Of a DNA stretch of 64,000 bases, positions 39,891 to 54,800 are shown one piece after another. The stretch lies in assembly GCF_009914755.1 (NCBI RefSeq), contig NC_060948.1. One strand, written 5' to 3'. The first letter of the stretch is position 1. Each line of letters begins with the position of its first letter. The notes beneath the pieces were generated by a model. The model ran no database searches and had not been told where the DNA came from. It worked only from the letters and a program-made list of their open reading frames with translations. The DNA is from the human T2T-CHM13v2.0 reference genome, Homo sapiens. Made by a program: the position numbers and the translations under genes.

Positions 39891-42800
39891 ATGGAATGGA
39901 ATGGAATGGAATGGAATGGAGTGGAATGGAATGGGATGGAATGGGATGGAATGGTATGGAACGGATAATAATGGTCTGGAGTGAAATGGACTGGAAAGGA
40001 ATGGACTCAAATTGAAAGGGCTCGAAAGGAATGGGGTCAAATGTAATGGTCTGCAATGGAATGAACTCGAATGTAATGCAATCCAATAGAATGGAATCGA
40101 ATGGAATGGAATATAAAGAAATGGAATCGAAGAGAATGGAAACAAATGGAATGGAATTGTATGGAATTGAATCGAATCGAATCGAATGTAATTGAACGGA
40201 AAAAATGCAACTGAATAGAATCGAAAACAATGGATTCGACTGGCATCTAATAGAATGAAATGGAATGCGTTGAGGTGGAGTGGATTGTAATGGAGTTGAA
40301 TGGAATGGGGTGTAATTGAATTGAATGGGGTGGAGTGGAGTGAACTGGAGTGGAATGGAATGGAATGGGCAGGCATGGAATTGAAAGGCGTGGAGTGGAG
40401 TGGAATTGAGAGGAGTGGAATGGAGTAGGGTGGATTGTAGTGGAGAGTATTGGAAAAGAGTGGAGTGGAACGGAATGGAATGGAGTGGAGTGGAATGGAA
40501 TGGAATTGAGTGAAGTGGAGTGGAGTGGAATGGAGAGTAATAGAGTGGAGTGGACTTGATTGGAGTAGATAGCAGTGCATTGGACTGTACGGGATAGAAG
40601 TGGCTTGGAGTGCCATGGAGTGGAGTGGAATGGAATGGAATGGAGTGGAATGGACTGGAAAGGAATGGAATGGAATGGATTTAAATGGCAGGGAATCAAA
40701 TCGAATTGAATCATATTGGAACAAGTTGAATCGACTGGAGGAAAGAAATCGAATGAAATCGAATGGAATGAATGGAAGAGAGTGCAATGTTGTAGAATGG
40801 AATGGAGACAGATGGAATGGAATGGAACAGAGAGCAATGGTATAGAATGCAATGGAATCATATGGAATGGAATTGAATGGAATGGAATAATATGAAATGG
40901 AATGGAATGGAATGGAATGCCCTTGCATTAAATGGACTGGAATGGAATGGACTCGAACAGAGTGGAATGGAAAGCATTGAAATAGAATGGAATGGACTCC
41001 TTTGGAATGGTCTAGTATGGATGCAATCGACTGGCAGGGAATCAAAAGGAATGTAATCGAATGGATTGGACTGGAATACAATGGACTCGAATAGATTGGA
41101 AACGGAATGCAATGGAATGGAATGGAATAGTATGGAATGGAATGGAATGGAATGGAGTGGAATAGACTAGAGTGGAATGGAATGGACTCGAAAGCAATGG
41201 ACTGGAATGGAACGGTCTTGAATGGACTGGAATCAAACGGAATGGAATGGAATGCAATGCAATCAAATGGAATGGAATAAAATAGAATGAAAGAGAATCA
41301 AATGGAATTGAATGGAATGGAATCGAATGGATTGGAAAGGAATAGAATGGAATGGAATGGAATTGACTCAAATGGAATGGACTAGAATGGAATGGAGTCG
41401 AATGGAAGGCAAAGGAATGGAATCTATTGGAATGGACTGTAATGGAATGGAATGGAAGGGATTGGAATGGACTCGAATGGAATGGACTGCAATAGAAAGG
41501 ATTCGAATGGAATGAAAAAGAATTTAATGGAATAGAACAGAATGGAATCAAATCGAATGAAATGGAATGGAATAGAAAGGAATGGAATGAAATGGAATGG
41601 AAAGGATTCGAATGGAATGCAATCGAATGGAATGGAATCGAAAGGAATGGAATAAAATGGAAGCAAACTGGCAAGAAATGGAATCGAAATGAATGGAGTG
41701 TCATGGAACGGACTCAAAAGGAATTGAATGTGATAGAATGGAGTGGAGTGGACTCGAATATAATGGACTGGAATGGAATGGAATCACATGGAATGGGAAC
41801 GAATGGAATGGAATGGAAAGGAATGGAATCGAATGGAAGGGAATGAAATTGAATCAACAGGAATGGAAGGGAATAGAATAGACTGTAATGGAATGGACTC
41901 GAATAGAAAGGACACGAATGCTCAAATTGAATGGACTCGAATGGAATGGAAACGAAAGGAATGTCATCGAATGGAATTGAATCGATTGGAATGGAATCGC
42001 ATAGAATGGAGAGGAATCAAATGGAATTGAATCGAATGGAAAGGAACCGAATGGACTGAAATGAAATGGAATGGAATTGAATGCAAAGTAATGCAATGCA
42101 ATAGAATGGAACGAAATTTCACGGAATGGAATGAAACAGAATGGAATCAAATCAAAGGAATATAATGAAATGGAATGGAATGGAATGGAAAGGAATTGAA
42201 TGGAATAGTTTCGATTAGAAGGGATTGGAATGCAATGGAATGGAAAGGACTCGAATTTCATGAAACGGAATGGAATGAATTGGAATGGAATGGACTCGAA
42301 TGGAATGGAATGTCATGGAATGGCATCAAATGGAATGGCATCAAATGGAATGGAATCGAATGCAATGGAATGTTATGGAATGGAATGGAATGTATTGGAA
42401 TGGAATGTCCTCTAATGGAATGGATTCGAGTGGAATGGAATTGAATACAATGGAGTCGAATGAAATGGAATTGAAAGGAATGGGATCGAATAGAATGGAA
42501 TATACTGGAATGTAATGTAATGAAGTCGAATGTAATTGACTGGAATGGAATGTACATGAATGGAATGCAATCGAATGAAATAGAATCTAATGCAATAAAA
42601 CCAACTCAAATGGAATAGAATGTAATGGAATGGAGTGCAGTGCAATGGAATGGAATGGAATGTAATGCAATGGAGTGCAGTGCAATGGAATGGAATGGAA
42701 TGGGATGGAATGGGATGGAATGGTATGGAACGGATAATAATGGTCTGGAGTGAAATGGACTGGAAAGGAATGGACTCAAATTGAAAGGGCTCGAAAGGAA

Positions 42801-45800
42801 TGGGGTCAAATGTAATGGTCTGGAATGGAATGAACTCGAATGTAATGCAATCCAATAGAATGGAATCGAATGGAATGGAATATAAAGAAATGGAATCGAA
42901 GAGAATGGAAACAAATGGAATGGAATTGCATGGAATTGAATCGAATCGAATCGAATGTAATTGAACGGAAAAAATGCAACTGAATAGAATCGAAAACAAT
43001 GGATTCGACTGGCATCTAATAGAATGAAATGGAATGCGTTGAGGTGGAGTGGATTGTAATGGAGTTGAATGGAATGGGGTGTAATTGAATTGAATGGGGT
43101 GGAGTGGAGTGAACTGGAGTGGAATGGAATGGAATGGGCAGGCATGGAATTGAAAGGCGTGGAGTGGAGTGGAATTGAGAGGAGTGGAATGGAGTAGGGT
43201 GGATTGTAGTGGAGAGTATTGGAAAAGAGTGGAGTGGAACGGAATGGAATGGAGTGGAGTGGAATGGAATGGAATTGAGTGAAGTGGAGTGGAGTGGAAT
43301 GGAGAGTAATGGAGTGGAGTGGACTTGATTGGAGTAGATAGCAGTGCATTGGACTGTACGGGATAGAAGTGGCTTGGAGTGCCATGGAGTGGAGTGGAAT
43401 GGAATGGAATGGAGTGGAATGGATTGGAATGGACTGGAAAGGAATGGAATGGAATGGATTTAAATGGCAGGGAATCAAATCGAATTGAATCATATTGGAA
43501 CAAGTTGAATCGACTGGAGGAAAGAAATCGAATGAAATCGAATGGAATGAATGGAAGAGAGTGCAATGTTATAGAATGGAATGGAGACAGATGGAATGGA
43601 ATGGAACAGAGAGCAATGGTATAGAATGTAATGGAATCATATGAAATGGAATTGAATGGAATGGAATAATATGAAATGGAATGGAATGGAATGGAATGCC
43701 CTTGCATTAAATGGACTGGAATGGAATGGACTCGAACAGAGTGGAATGGAAAGCATTGAAATAGAATGGAATGGACTCCTTTGGAATGGTCTAGTATGGA
43801 TGCAATCGACTGGCAGGGAATCAAAAGGAATGTAATCGAATAGATTGGACTGGAATACAATGGACTCGAATAGATTGGAAACGGAATGCAATGGAATGGA
43901 ATGGAATAGTATGGAATGGAATGGAATGGAATGGAGTGGAATAGAATAGAGGGGAATGGAATGGACTCGAAAGCAATGGACTGGAATGGAACGGTCTTGA
44001 ATGGACTGGAATCAAACGGAATGGAATGGAATGCAATGCAATCAAATGGAATGGAATAAAATAGAATGAAAGAGAATCAAATGGAATTGAATGGAATGGA
44101 ATCGAATGGATTGGAAAGGAATAGAATGGAATGGAATGGAATTGACTCAAATGGAATGGACTAGAATGGAATGGAGTCGAATGGAAGGCAAAGGAATGGA
44201 ATCTATTGGAATGGACTGTAATGGAATGGAATGGAAGGGATTGGAATGGACTCGAATGGAATGGACTGCAATAGAAAGGATTCGAATGGAATGAAAAAGA
44301 ATTGAATGGAATAGAACAGAATGGAATCAAATCGAATGAAATGGAATGGAATAGAAAGGAATGGAATGAAATGGAATGGAAAGGATTCGAATGGAATGCA
44401 ATCGAATGGAATGGAATCGAACGGAATGGAATAAAATGGAGGCAAACTGGCAAGAAATGGAATCGAAATGAATGGAGTGTTATGGAACGGACTCCAAAGG
44501 AATTGAATGTAATAGAATGGAGTGGAGTGGACTCGAATATAATGGACTGGAATGGAATGGAATCACATGGAATGGGAACGAATGGAATGGAATGGAAAGG
44601 AATGGAATCGAATGGAAGGGAATGAAATTGAATCAACAGGAATGGAAGGGAATAGAATAGACTGTAATGGAATGGACTCGAATAGAAAGGACACGAATGC
44701 TCAAATTGAATGGACTCGAATGGAATGGAAACGAAAGGAATATCATCGAATGGAATTGAATCGATTGGAATGGAATCGCATAGAATGGAGAGGAATGAAA
44801 CGGAATTGAATCGAATGGAAAGGAACCGAATGGACTGAAATGAAATGGAATGGAATTGAATGGAAAGTAATGCAATGCAATAGAATGGAACGAAATTTCA
44901 CGGAATGGAATGAAACAGAATGGAATCAAATCAATGGAATATAATGAAATGGAATGGAATGGAATGGAAAGGAATTGAATGGAATAGATTGGATTGGAAG
45001 GGATTGGAATGCAATGGAATGGAAAGGACTCGAATTTCATGAAACGGAATGGAATGAATTGGAATGGAATGGACTCGAATGGAATGGAATGTCATGGAAT
45101 GGCATCAAATGGAATGGCATCAAATAGAATGGAATCGAATGCAATGGAATGTTATGGAATGGAATGGAATGTATTGGAATGGAATGTCCTCTAATGGAAT
45201 GGATTCGAGTGGAATGGAATCGAATATAATGGAGTCGAATGAAATGGAATTGAAATGAATGGGATCGAATAGAATGGAATATACTGGAATGTAATGTAAT
45301 GAAGTCGAATGTAATTGACTGGAATGGAATGTACATGAATGGAATGCAATCGAATGGAATAGAATCTAATGCAATAAAACCGACTCAAATGGAATAGAAT
45401 GTAATGGCATGGAGTGCAGTGCAATGGCATGGAATGGAATGGAATGGAATGGAATGGAATGGAATGGGATGGAATGGGATGGAATGGTATGGAACGGATA
45501 ATACTGGTCTGGAGTGAAATGGACTGGAAAGGAATGGACTCAAATTGAAAGGGCTCGAAAGGAATGGGGTCAAATGTAATGGTCTGGAATGGAATGAACT
45601 CGAATGTAATGCAATCCAATAGAATGGAATCGAATGGAATGGAATATAAAGAAATGGAATCGAAGAGAATGGAAACAAATGGAATGGAATTGCATGGAAT
45701 TGAATCGAATCGAATCGAATGTAATTGAACGGAAAAAATGCAACTGAATAGAATCGAAAACAATGGATTCGACTGGCATCTAATAGAATGAAATGGAATG

Positions 45801-48800
45801 CGTTGAGGTGGAGTGGATTGTAATGGAGTTGAATGGAATGGTGTGTAATTGAATTGAATGGGGTGGAGTGGAGTGAACTGGAGTGGAATGGAATGGAATG
45901 GGCAGGCATGGAATTGAAAGGCGTGGAGTGGAGTGGAATTGAGAGGAGTGGAATGGAGTAGGGTGGATTGTAGTGGAGAGTATTGGAAAAGAGTGTAGTG
46001 GAACGGAATGGAATAGAGTGGAGTGGAATGGAATGGAATTGAGTGAAGTGGAGTGGAGTGGAAAGAAGAGTAATGGAGTGGAGTGGACTTGATTGGAGTA
46101 GATAGCAGTGCATTGGACTGTACGGGATAGAAGTGGCTTGGAGTGCCATGGAGTGGAGTGGAATGGAATGGAATGGAGTGGAATGGACTGGAAAGGAATG
46201 GAATGGAATGGATTTAAATGCAGGGAATCAAATCGAATTGAATCATATTGGAACAATTTGAATCAACTGGAGGAAAGAAATCGAATGAAATCGAATAGAA
46301 TGAATGGAAGAGAGTGCAATGTTATAGAATGGAATGGAGACAAATGGAATGGAATGGAACAGAGAGCAATGGTATAGAATGCAATGGAATCATATGGAAT
46401 GGAATTGAATGGAATGGAATAATATGAAATGGAATGGAATGGAATGGAATGCCCTTGCATTAAATGGAAAGGAATGGAATGGACTCGAACAGAGTGGAAT
46501 GGAAAGCATTGAAATAGAATGGAATGGACTCCTTTGGAATGGTCTAGTATGGATGCAATCGACTGGCAGGGAATCAAAAGGAATGTAATCGAATGGATTG
46601 GACTGGAATACAATGGACTCGAATAGATTGGAAACGGAATGCAATGGAATGGAATGGAATAGTATGGAATGGAATGGAATGGAATGGAGTGGAATAGACT
46701 AGAGTGGAATGGAATGGACTCGAAAGCAATGGACTGGAATGGAACGGTCTTGAATGGACTGGAATCAAACGGAATGGAATGGAATGTAATGCAATCAAAT
46801 GGAATGGAATAAAATAGAATAAAAGAGAATCAAATGGAATTGAATGGAATGGAATCGAATGGATTGGAAAGGAATAGAATGGAATGGAATGGAATTGACT
46901 CAAATGGAATGGACTAGAATGGAATGGAGTCGAATGGAAGGCAAAGGAATGGAATCTATTGGAATGGACTGTAATGGAATGGAATGGAAGGGATTGGAAT
47001 GGACTCGAATGGAATGGACTGCAATAGAAAGGATTCGAATGGAATGAAAAAGAATTGAATGGAATAGAACAGAATGGAATCAAATCGAATGAAATGGAAT
47101 GGAATAGAAAGGAATGGAATGAAATGGAATGGAAAGGATTCGAATGGAATGCAATCGAATGGAATGGAATCGAACGGAATGGAATAAAATGGAGGTAAAC
47201 TGGCAAGAAATGGAATCGAAATGAATGGAGTGTTATGGAACGGACTCCAAAGGAATTGAATGTAATAGAATGGAGTGGAGTGGACTCGAATATAATGGAC
47301 TGGAATGGAATGGAATCACATGGAATGGGAACGAATGGAATGGAATGGAAAGGAATGGAATCGAATGGAAGGGAATGAAATTGAATCAATAGGAATGGAA
47401 GGGAATAGAATAGACTGTAATGGAATGGACTCGAATAGAAAGGACACGAATGTTCAAATTGAATGGACTCGAATGGAATGGAAACGAAAGGAATGTCATC
47501 GAATGGAATTGAATCGATTGGAATGGAATCGCATAGAATGGAGAGGAATGAAATGGAATTGAATCGAATGGAAAGGAACCGAATGGACTGAAATGAAATG
47601 GAATGGAATTGAATGGAAAGTAATGCAATGCAATAGAATGGAACGAAATTTCACGGAATGGAATGAAACAGAATGGAATCAAATCAATGGAATATAATGA
47701 AATGGAATGGAATGGAATGGAAAGGAATTGAATGGAATAGATTGGATTGGAAGGGATTGGAATGCAATGGAATGGAAAGGACTCGAATTTCATGAAACGG
47801 AATGGAATGAATTGGAATGGAATGGACTCGAATGGAATGGAATGTCATGGAATGGCATCAAATGGAATGGCATCAAATGGAATGGAATCGAATGCAATGG
47901 AATGTTATGGAATGGAATGGAATGTATTGGAATGGAATGTCCTCTAATGGAATGGATTCGAGTGGAATGGAATCGAATATAATGGAGTCGAATGAAATGG
48001 AATTGAAAGGAATGGGATCGAATAGAATGGAATATACTGGAATGTAATGTAATGAATTCGAATGTAATTGACTGGAATGGAATGTACATGAATGGAATGC
48101 AATCGAATGGAATAGAATCTAATGCAATAAAACCGACTCAAATGGAATAGAATGTAATGGAATGGAGTGCAGTGCAATGGAATGGAATGGAATGGAATGG
48201 AATGGAATGGAATGGAATGGAATGGAATGGGATGCAATGGGATGAAATGGTATGGAACGGATAATAATGGTCTGGAGTGAAATGGACTGGAAAGGAATGG
48301 ACTCAAATTGAAAGGGCTCGAAAGGAATGGGGTCAAATGTAATGGTCTGGAATGGAATGAACTCGAATGTAATGCAATCCAATAGAATGGAATCGAATGG
48401 AATGGAATATAAAGAAATGGAATCGAAGAGAATGGAAACAAATGGAATGGAATTGCATGGAATTGAATCGAATCGAATCGAATGTAATTGAACTCAAAAA
48501 ATGCAACTGAATAGAATCGAAAACAATGGATTCGACTGGCATCTAATAGAATGAAATGGAATGCGTTGAGGTGGAGTGGATTGTAATGGAGTTGAATGGA
48601 ATGGGGTGTAATTGAATTGAATGGGGTGGAGTGGAGTGAACTGGACTGGAATGGAATGGAATGGGCAGGCATGGAATTGAAAGGCGTGGAGTGGAGTGGA
48701 ATTGATAGGAGTGGAATGGAGTAGGGTGGATTGTAGTGGAGATTATTGGAAAAGAGTGGAGTGGAACGGAATGGAATGGAGTGGAGTGGAATGGAATGGA

Positions 48801-51800
48801 ATTGAGTGAAGTGGAGTGGAGTGGAATGGAGAGTAATGGAGTGGAGTGGACTTGATTGGAGTAGATAGCAGTGCAACGGACTTTACGGGATAGAAGTGGC
48901 TTGGAGTGCCATGGAGTGGAGTGGAATGGAATGGAATGGAGTGGAATGGATTGGAATGGACTGGAAAGGAATGGAATGGAATGGATTTAAATGGCAGGGA
49001 ATCAAATCGAATTGAATCATATTGGAACAAGTTGAATCGACTGGAGGAAAGAAATCGAATGAAATCGAATGGAATGAATGGAAGAGAGTGCAATGTTATA
49101 GAATGGAATGGAGACAGATGGAATGGAATGGAACAGAGAGCAGTGGTATAGAATGCAATGGAATCATATGAAATGGAATAGAGTGGAATGGAATAATATG
49201 AAATGGAATGGAATGGAATGGAATGCCCTTGCATTAAATGGACTGGAATGGAATGGAATCGAACAGAGTGGAATGGAAAGCATTGAAATAGAATGGAATG
49301 GACTCCTTTGGAATGGTCTAGTATGGATGCAATCGACTGGCAGAGAATCAAAAGGAATGTAATCGAATAGATTGGACTGGAATACAATGGACTCGAATAG
49401 ATTGGAAACGGAATACAATGGAATGGAATGGAATAGTATGGAATGGAATGGAATGGAATGGAATGGAATAGACTAGAGTGGAATGGAATGGACTTGAAAG
49501 CAATGGACTGGAATGGAACGGTCTTGAATGGACTGGAATCAAACGGAATGGAATGGAATGCAATGCAATCAAATGGAATGGAATAAAATAGAATGAAAGA
49601 GAATCAAATGGAATTGAATCGAATGGAATCGAATGGATTGGAAAGGAATAGAATGGAATGGAATGGAATTGACTCAAATGGAATGGACTAGAATGGAATG
49701 GAGTCGAATGGAAGGCAAAGGAATGGAATCTATTGGAATGGACTGTAACGGAATGGAATGGAAGGGATTGGAATGGACTCGAATGGAATGAACTGCAATA
49801 GAAAGGATTCGAATGGAATGAAAAAGAATTGAATGGAATAGAACAGAATGGAATCAAATCGAATGAAATGGAATGGAATAGAAAGGAATGGAATGAAATG
49901 GAATGGAAAGGATTCGAATGGAATGCAATCGAATGGAATGGAATCGAACGGAATGGAATAAAATGGAAGCAAACTTGCAAGAAATGGAATCGAAATGAAT
50001 GGAGCGTTATGGAACGGACTCCAAAGGAATTGAATGTAATAGAATTGAGTGGAGTGGACTCGAATATAATGGACTGGAATGGAATGGAATCACGTGGAAT
50101 GGGAACGAATGGAATGGAATGGAAAGGAATGGAATCGAATGGAAGGGAATGAAATTGAATCAACAGGAATGGAAGGGAATAGAATAGACTGTAATGGAAT
50201 GGACTCGAATAGAAAGGACACGAATGCTCAAATTGAATGGACTCGAATGGAATGGAAACGAAAGGAATGTCATCGAATGGAATTGAATCGATTGGAATGG
50301 AATCGCATAGAATGGAGAGGAAAGAAATGGAATTGAATCGAATGGAAAGGAACCGAATGGACTGAAATGAAATGGAATGGAATTGAATGGAAAGTAATGC
50401 AATGCAATAGAATGGAACGAAATTTCACAGAATGGAATGAAACAGAATGGAATCAAATCAATGCAATATAATGAAATGGAATGGAATGGAATGGAAAGGA
50501 ATTGAATGGAATAGATTGGATTGGAAGGGATTGGAATGCAATGGAATGGAAAGGACTCGAATTTCATGAAACGGAATGGAATGAATTGGAATGGAATGGA
50601 CTCGAATGGAATGGAATATCATGGAATGGCATCAAATGGAATGGCATCAAATGGAATGGAATCGAATGCAATGGAATGTTATGGAATAGAATGGAATGTA
50701 TTGGAATGGAATGTCTTCTAATGGAATGGATTCGAGTGGAATGGAATCGAATATAATGGGGTCGAATGAAATGGAATTGAAAGGAATGGGATCGAATAGA
50801 ATGGAATATACTGGAATGTAATGTAATGAAGTCGAATGTAATTGACTGGAATGGAATGTACATGAATGGAATGCAATCGAATGGAATAGAATCTAATGCA
50901 ATAAAACCGACTCAAATGGAATAGAATGTAATGGAATGGAGTGCAGTGCAATGGAATGGAATGGAATGGAATGGAATGGAATGGAATGGAATGGAATGGG
51001 ATGGAATGGGATGGAATGGTATGGAACGGATAATAATGGTCTGGAGTGAAATGGACTGGAAAGGAATGGACTCAAATTGAAAGGGCTCGAAAGGAATGGG
51101 GTCAAATGTAATGGTCTGGAATGGAATGAACTCGAATGTAATGCAATCCAATAGAATGGAATCGAATGGAATGGAATATAAAGAAACGGAATCGAAGAGA
51201 ATGGAAACAAATGGAATGGAATTGCATGGAATTGAATCGAATCGAATCGAATGTAATTGAACGGAAAAAATGCAACTGAATAGAATCGAAAACAATGGAT
51301 TCGACTGGCATCTAATAGAATGAAATGGAATTCGTTGAGGTGGAGTGGATTGTAATGGAGTTGAATGGAATGGGGTGTAATTGAATTGAATGGGGTGGAG
51401 TGGAGTGAACTGGAGTGGAATGGAATGGAATGGGCAGGCATGGAATTGAAAGGCATGGAGTGGAGTGGAATTGAGAGGAGTGGAATGGAGTAGGGTGGAT
51501 TGTAGTGGAGAGTATTGGAAAAGAGTAGAGTGGAACGGAATGGAATGGAGTGGAGTGGAATGGAATGGAATTGAGTGAAGTGGAGTGGAGTGGAATGGAG
51601 AGTAATGGAGTGGAGTGGACTTGATTGGAGTAGATAGCAGTGCATTGGACTGTACGGGATAGAAGTGGCTTGGAGTGCCATGGAGTGGAGTGGAATGGAA
51701 TGGAATGGAGTGGAATGGACTGGAAAGGAATGGAATGGAATGGATTTAAATGGCAGGGAATCAAATCGAATTGAATCATATTGGAACAAGTTGAATCGAC

Positions 51801-54800
51801 TGGAGGAAAGAAATCGAATGAAATCGAACGGAATGAATGGAAGAGAGTGCAATGTTATAGAATGGAATGGAGACAGATGGAATGGAATGGAACAGAGAGC
51901 AATGGTATAGAATGCAATGGAATCATATGGAATGGAATTGAATGGAATGGAATAATATGAAATGGAATGGAATGGAATGGAATGCCCTTGCATTAAATGG
52001 ACTGGAATGGAATGGACTCGAACAGAGTGGAATGGAAAGCATTGAAATAGAATGGAATGGACTCCTTTGGAATGGTCTAGTATGGATGCAATCGACTGGC
52101 AGGGAATCAAAAGGAATGTAATCGAATGGATTGGACTGGAATACAATGGACTCGAATACATTGGAAACGGAATGCAATGGAATGGAATGGAATAGTATGG
52201 AATGGAATGGAATGGAATGGAGTGGAATAGACTAGAGTGGAATGGAATGGACTCGAAAGCAATGGACTGGAATGGAACGGTCTTGAATGGACTGGAATCA
52301 AACGGAATGGAATGGAATGCAATGCAATCAAATGGAATGGAATAAAATAGAATGAAAGAGAATCAAATGGAATTGAATCGAATGGAATCGAATGGATTGG
52401 AAAGGAATAGAATGGAATGGAATGGAATTGACTCAAATGGAATGGACTAGAATGGAATGGAGTCGAATGGAAGGCAAAGGAATGGAATCTATTGGAATGG
52501 ACTGTAATGGAATGGAATGGAAGGGATTGGAATGGACTCGAATGGAATGAACTGCAATAGAAAGGATTCGAATGGAATGAAAAAGAATTGAATGGAATAG
52601 AACAGAATGGAATCAAATCGAATGAAATGGAATGGAATAGAAAGGAATGGAATGAAATGGAATGGAAAGGATTCGAATGGAATGCAATCGAATGGAATGG
52701 AATCGAACGGAATGGAATAAAATGGAGGCAAACTGGCAAGAAATGGAATCGAAATGAATGGAGTGTCATGGAACGGACTCCAAAGGAATTGAATTTAATA
52801 GAATGGAGTGGAGTGGACTCGAATATAATGGACTGGAATGGAATGGAATCACATGGAATGGGAACGAATGGAATGGAATGGAAAGGAATGGAATCGAACG
52901 GAAGGGAATGAAATTGAATCAACAGGAATGGAAGGGAATAGAATAGACTGTAATGGAATGGACTCGAATAGAAAGCACACGAATGCTCAAATTGAATGGA
53001 CTCGAATGGAATGGAAACGAAAGCAATGTCATCGAATGGAATTGAATCGATTGGAATGGAATCGCATAGAATGGAGAGGAATGAAACGGAATTGAATCGA
53101 ATGGAAAGGAACCGAATGGACTGAAATGAAATGGAATGGAATTGAATGGAAAGTAATGCAATGCAATAGAATGGAACGAAATTTCACGGAATGGAATGAA
53201 ACAGAATGGAATCAAATCAATGGAATATAATGAAATGGAATGGAATGGAATGGAAAGGAATTGAATGGAATAGATTGGATTGGAAGGGATTGGAATGCAA
53301 TGGAATGGAAAGGACTCGAATTTCATGAAACGGAATGGAATGAATTGGAATGGAATGGACTCGAATGGAATGGAATGTCATGGAATGGCATCAAATGGAA
53401 TGGCATCAAATAGAATGGAATCGAATGCAGTGGAATGTTATGGAATGGAATGGAATGTATTGGAATGGAATGTCCTCTAATGGAATGGATTCGAGTGGAA
53501 TGGAATCGAATATAATGGAGTCGAATGAAATGGAATTGAAAGGAATGGGATAGAATAGAATGGAATTTACTGGAATGGAATGTAATGAAGTCGAATGTAA
53601 TTGACTGGAATGGAATGTACATGAATGGAATGCAATCGAATGGAATAGAATCTAATGCAATAAAACCGACTCAAATGGAATAGAATGTAATGGAATGGAG
53701 TGCAGTGCAATGGAATGGAATGGAATGGAATGGAATGGAATGGAATGGAATGGAATGGAATGGGATGGAATGGGATGGAATGGTATGGAACGGATAATAG
53801 TGGTCTGGAGTGAAATGGACTGGAAAGGAATGGACTCAAATTGAAAGTGCTCGAAAGGAATGGGGTCAAATGTAATGGTCTGGAATGGAATGAACTCGAA
53901 TGTAATGCAATCCAATAGAATGGAATCGAATGGAATGGAATATAAAGAAATGGAATCGAAGAGAATGGAAACAAATGGAATGGAATTGCATGGAATTGAA
54001 TCGAATCGAATCGAATGTAATTGAACGGAAAAAATGCAACTGAATAGAATCGAAAACAATGGATTCGACTGGCATCTAATAGAATGAAATGGAATGCGTT
54101 GAGGTGGAGTGGATTGTAATGGAGTTGAATGGAATGGGGTGTAATTGAATTGAATGGGGTGGAGTGGAGTGAACTGGAGTGGAATGGAATGGAATGGGCA
54201 GGCATGGAATTGAAAGGCGTGGAGTGGAGTGGAATTGAGAGGAGTGGAATGGAGTAGGGTGGATTGTAGTGGAGAGTATTGGAAAAGAGTGGAGTGGAAC
54301 GGAATGGAATGGAGTGGAGTGGAATGGAATTGAGTGAAGTGGAGTGGAGTGGAATGGAGAGTAATAGAGTGGAGTGGACTTGATTGGAGTAGATAGTAGT
54401 GCATTGGACTGTACGGGATAGAAGTGGCTTGGAGTGCCATGGAGTGGAGTGGAATGGACTGGAAAGGAATGGAATGGAATGGATTTAAATGGCAGGGAAT
54501 CAAATCGAATTGAATCATATTGGAACAAGTTGAATTGACTGGAGGAAAGAAATCGAATGAAATCGAATGGAATGAATGGAAGAGAGTGCAATGTTATAGA
54601 ATGGAATGGAGACAGATGGAATGGAATGGAACAGAGAGCAATGGTATAGAATGCAATGGAATCATATGGAATGGAATTGAATGGAATGGAATAATATGAA
54701 ATGGAATGGAATGGAATGGAATGCCCTTGCATTAAATGGACTGGAATGGAATGGACTCGAACAGAGTGGAATGGAAAGCATTGAAATAGAATGGAATGGA

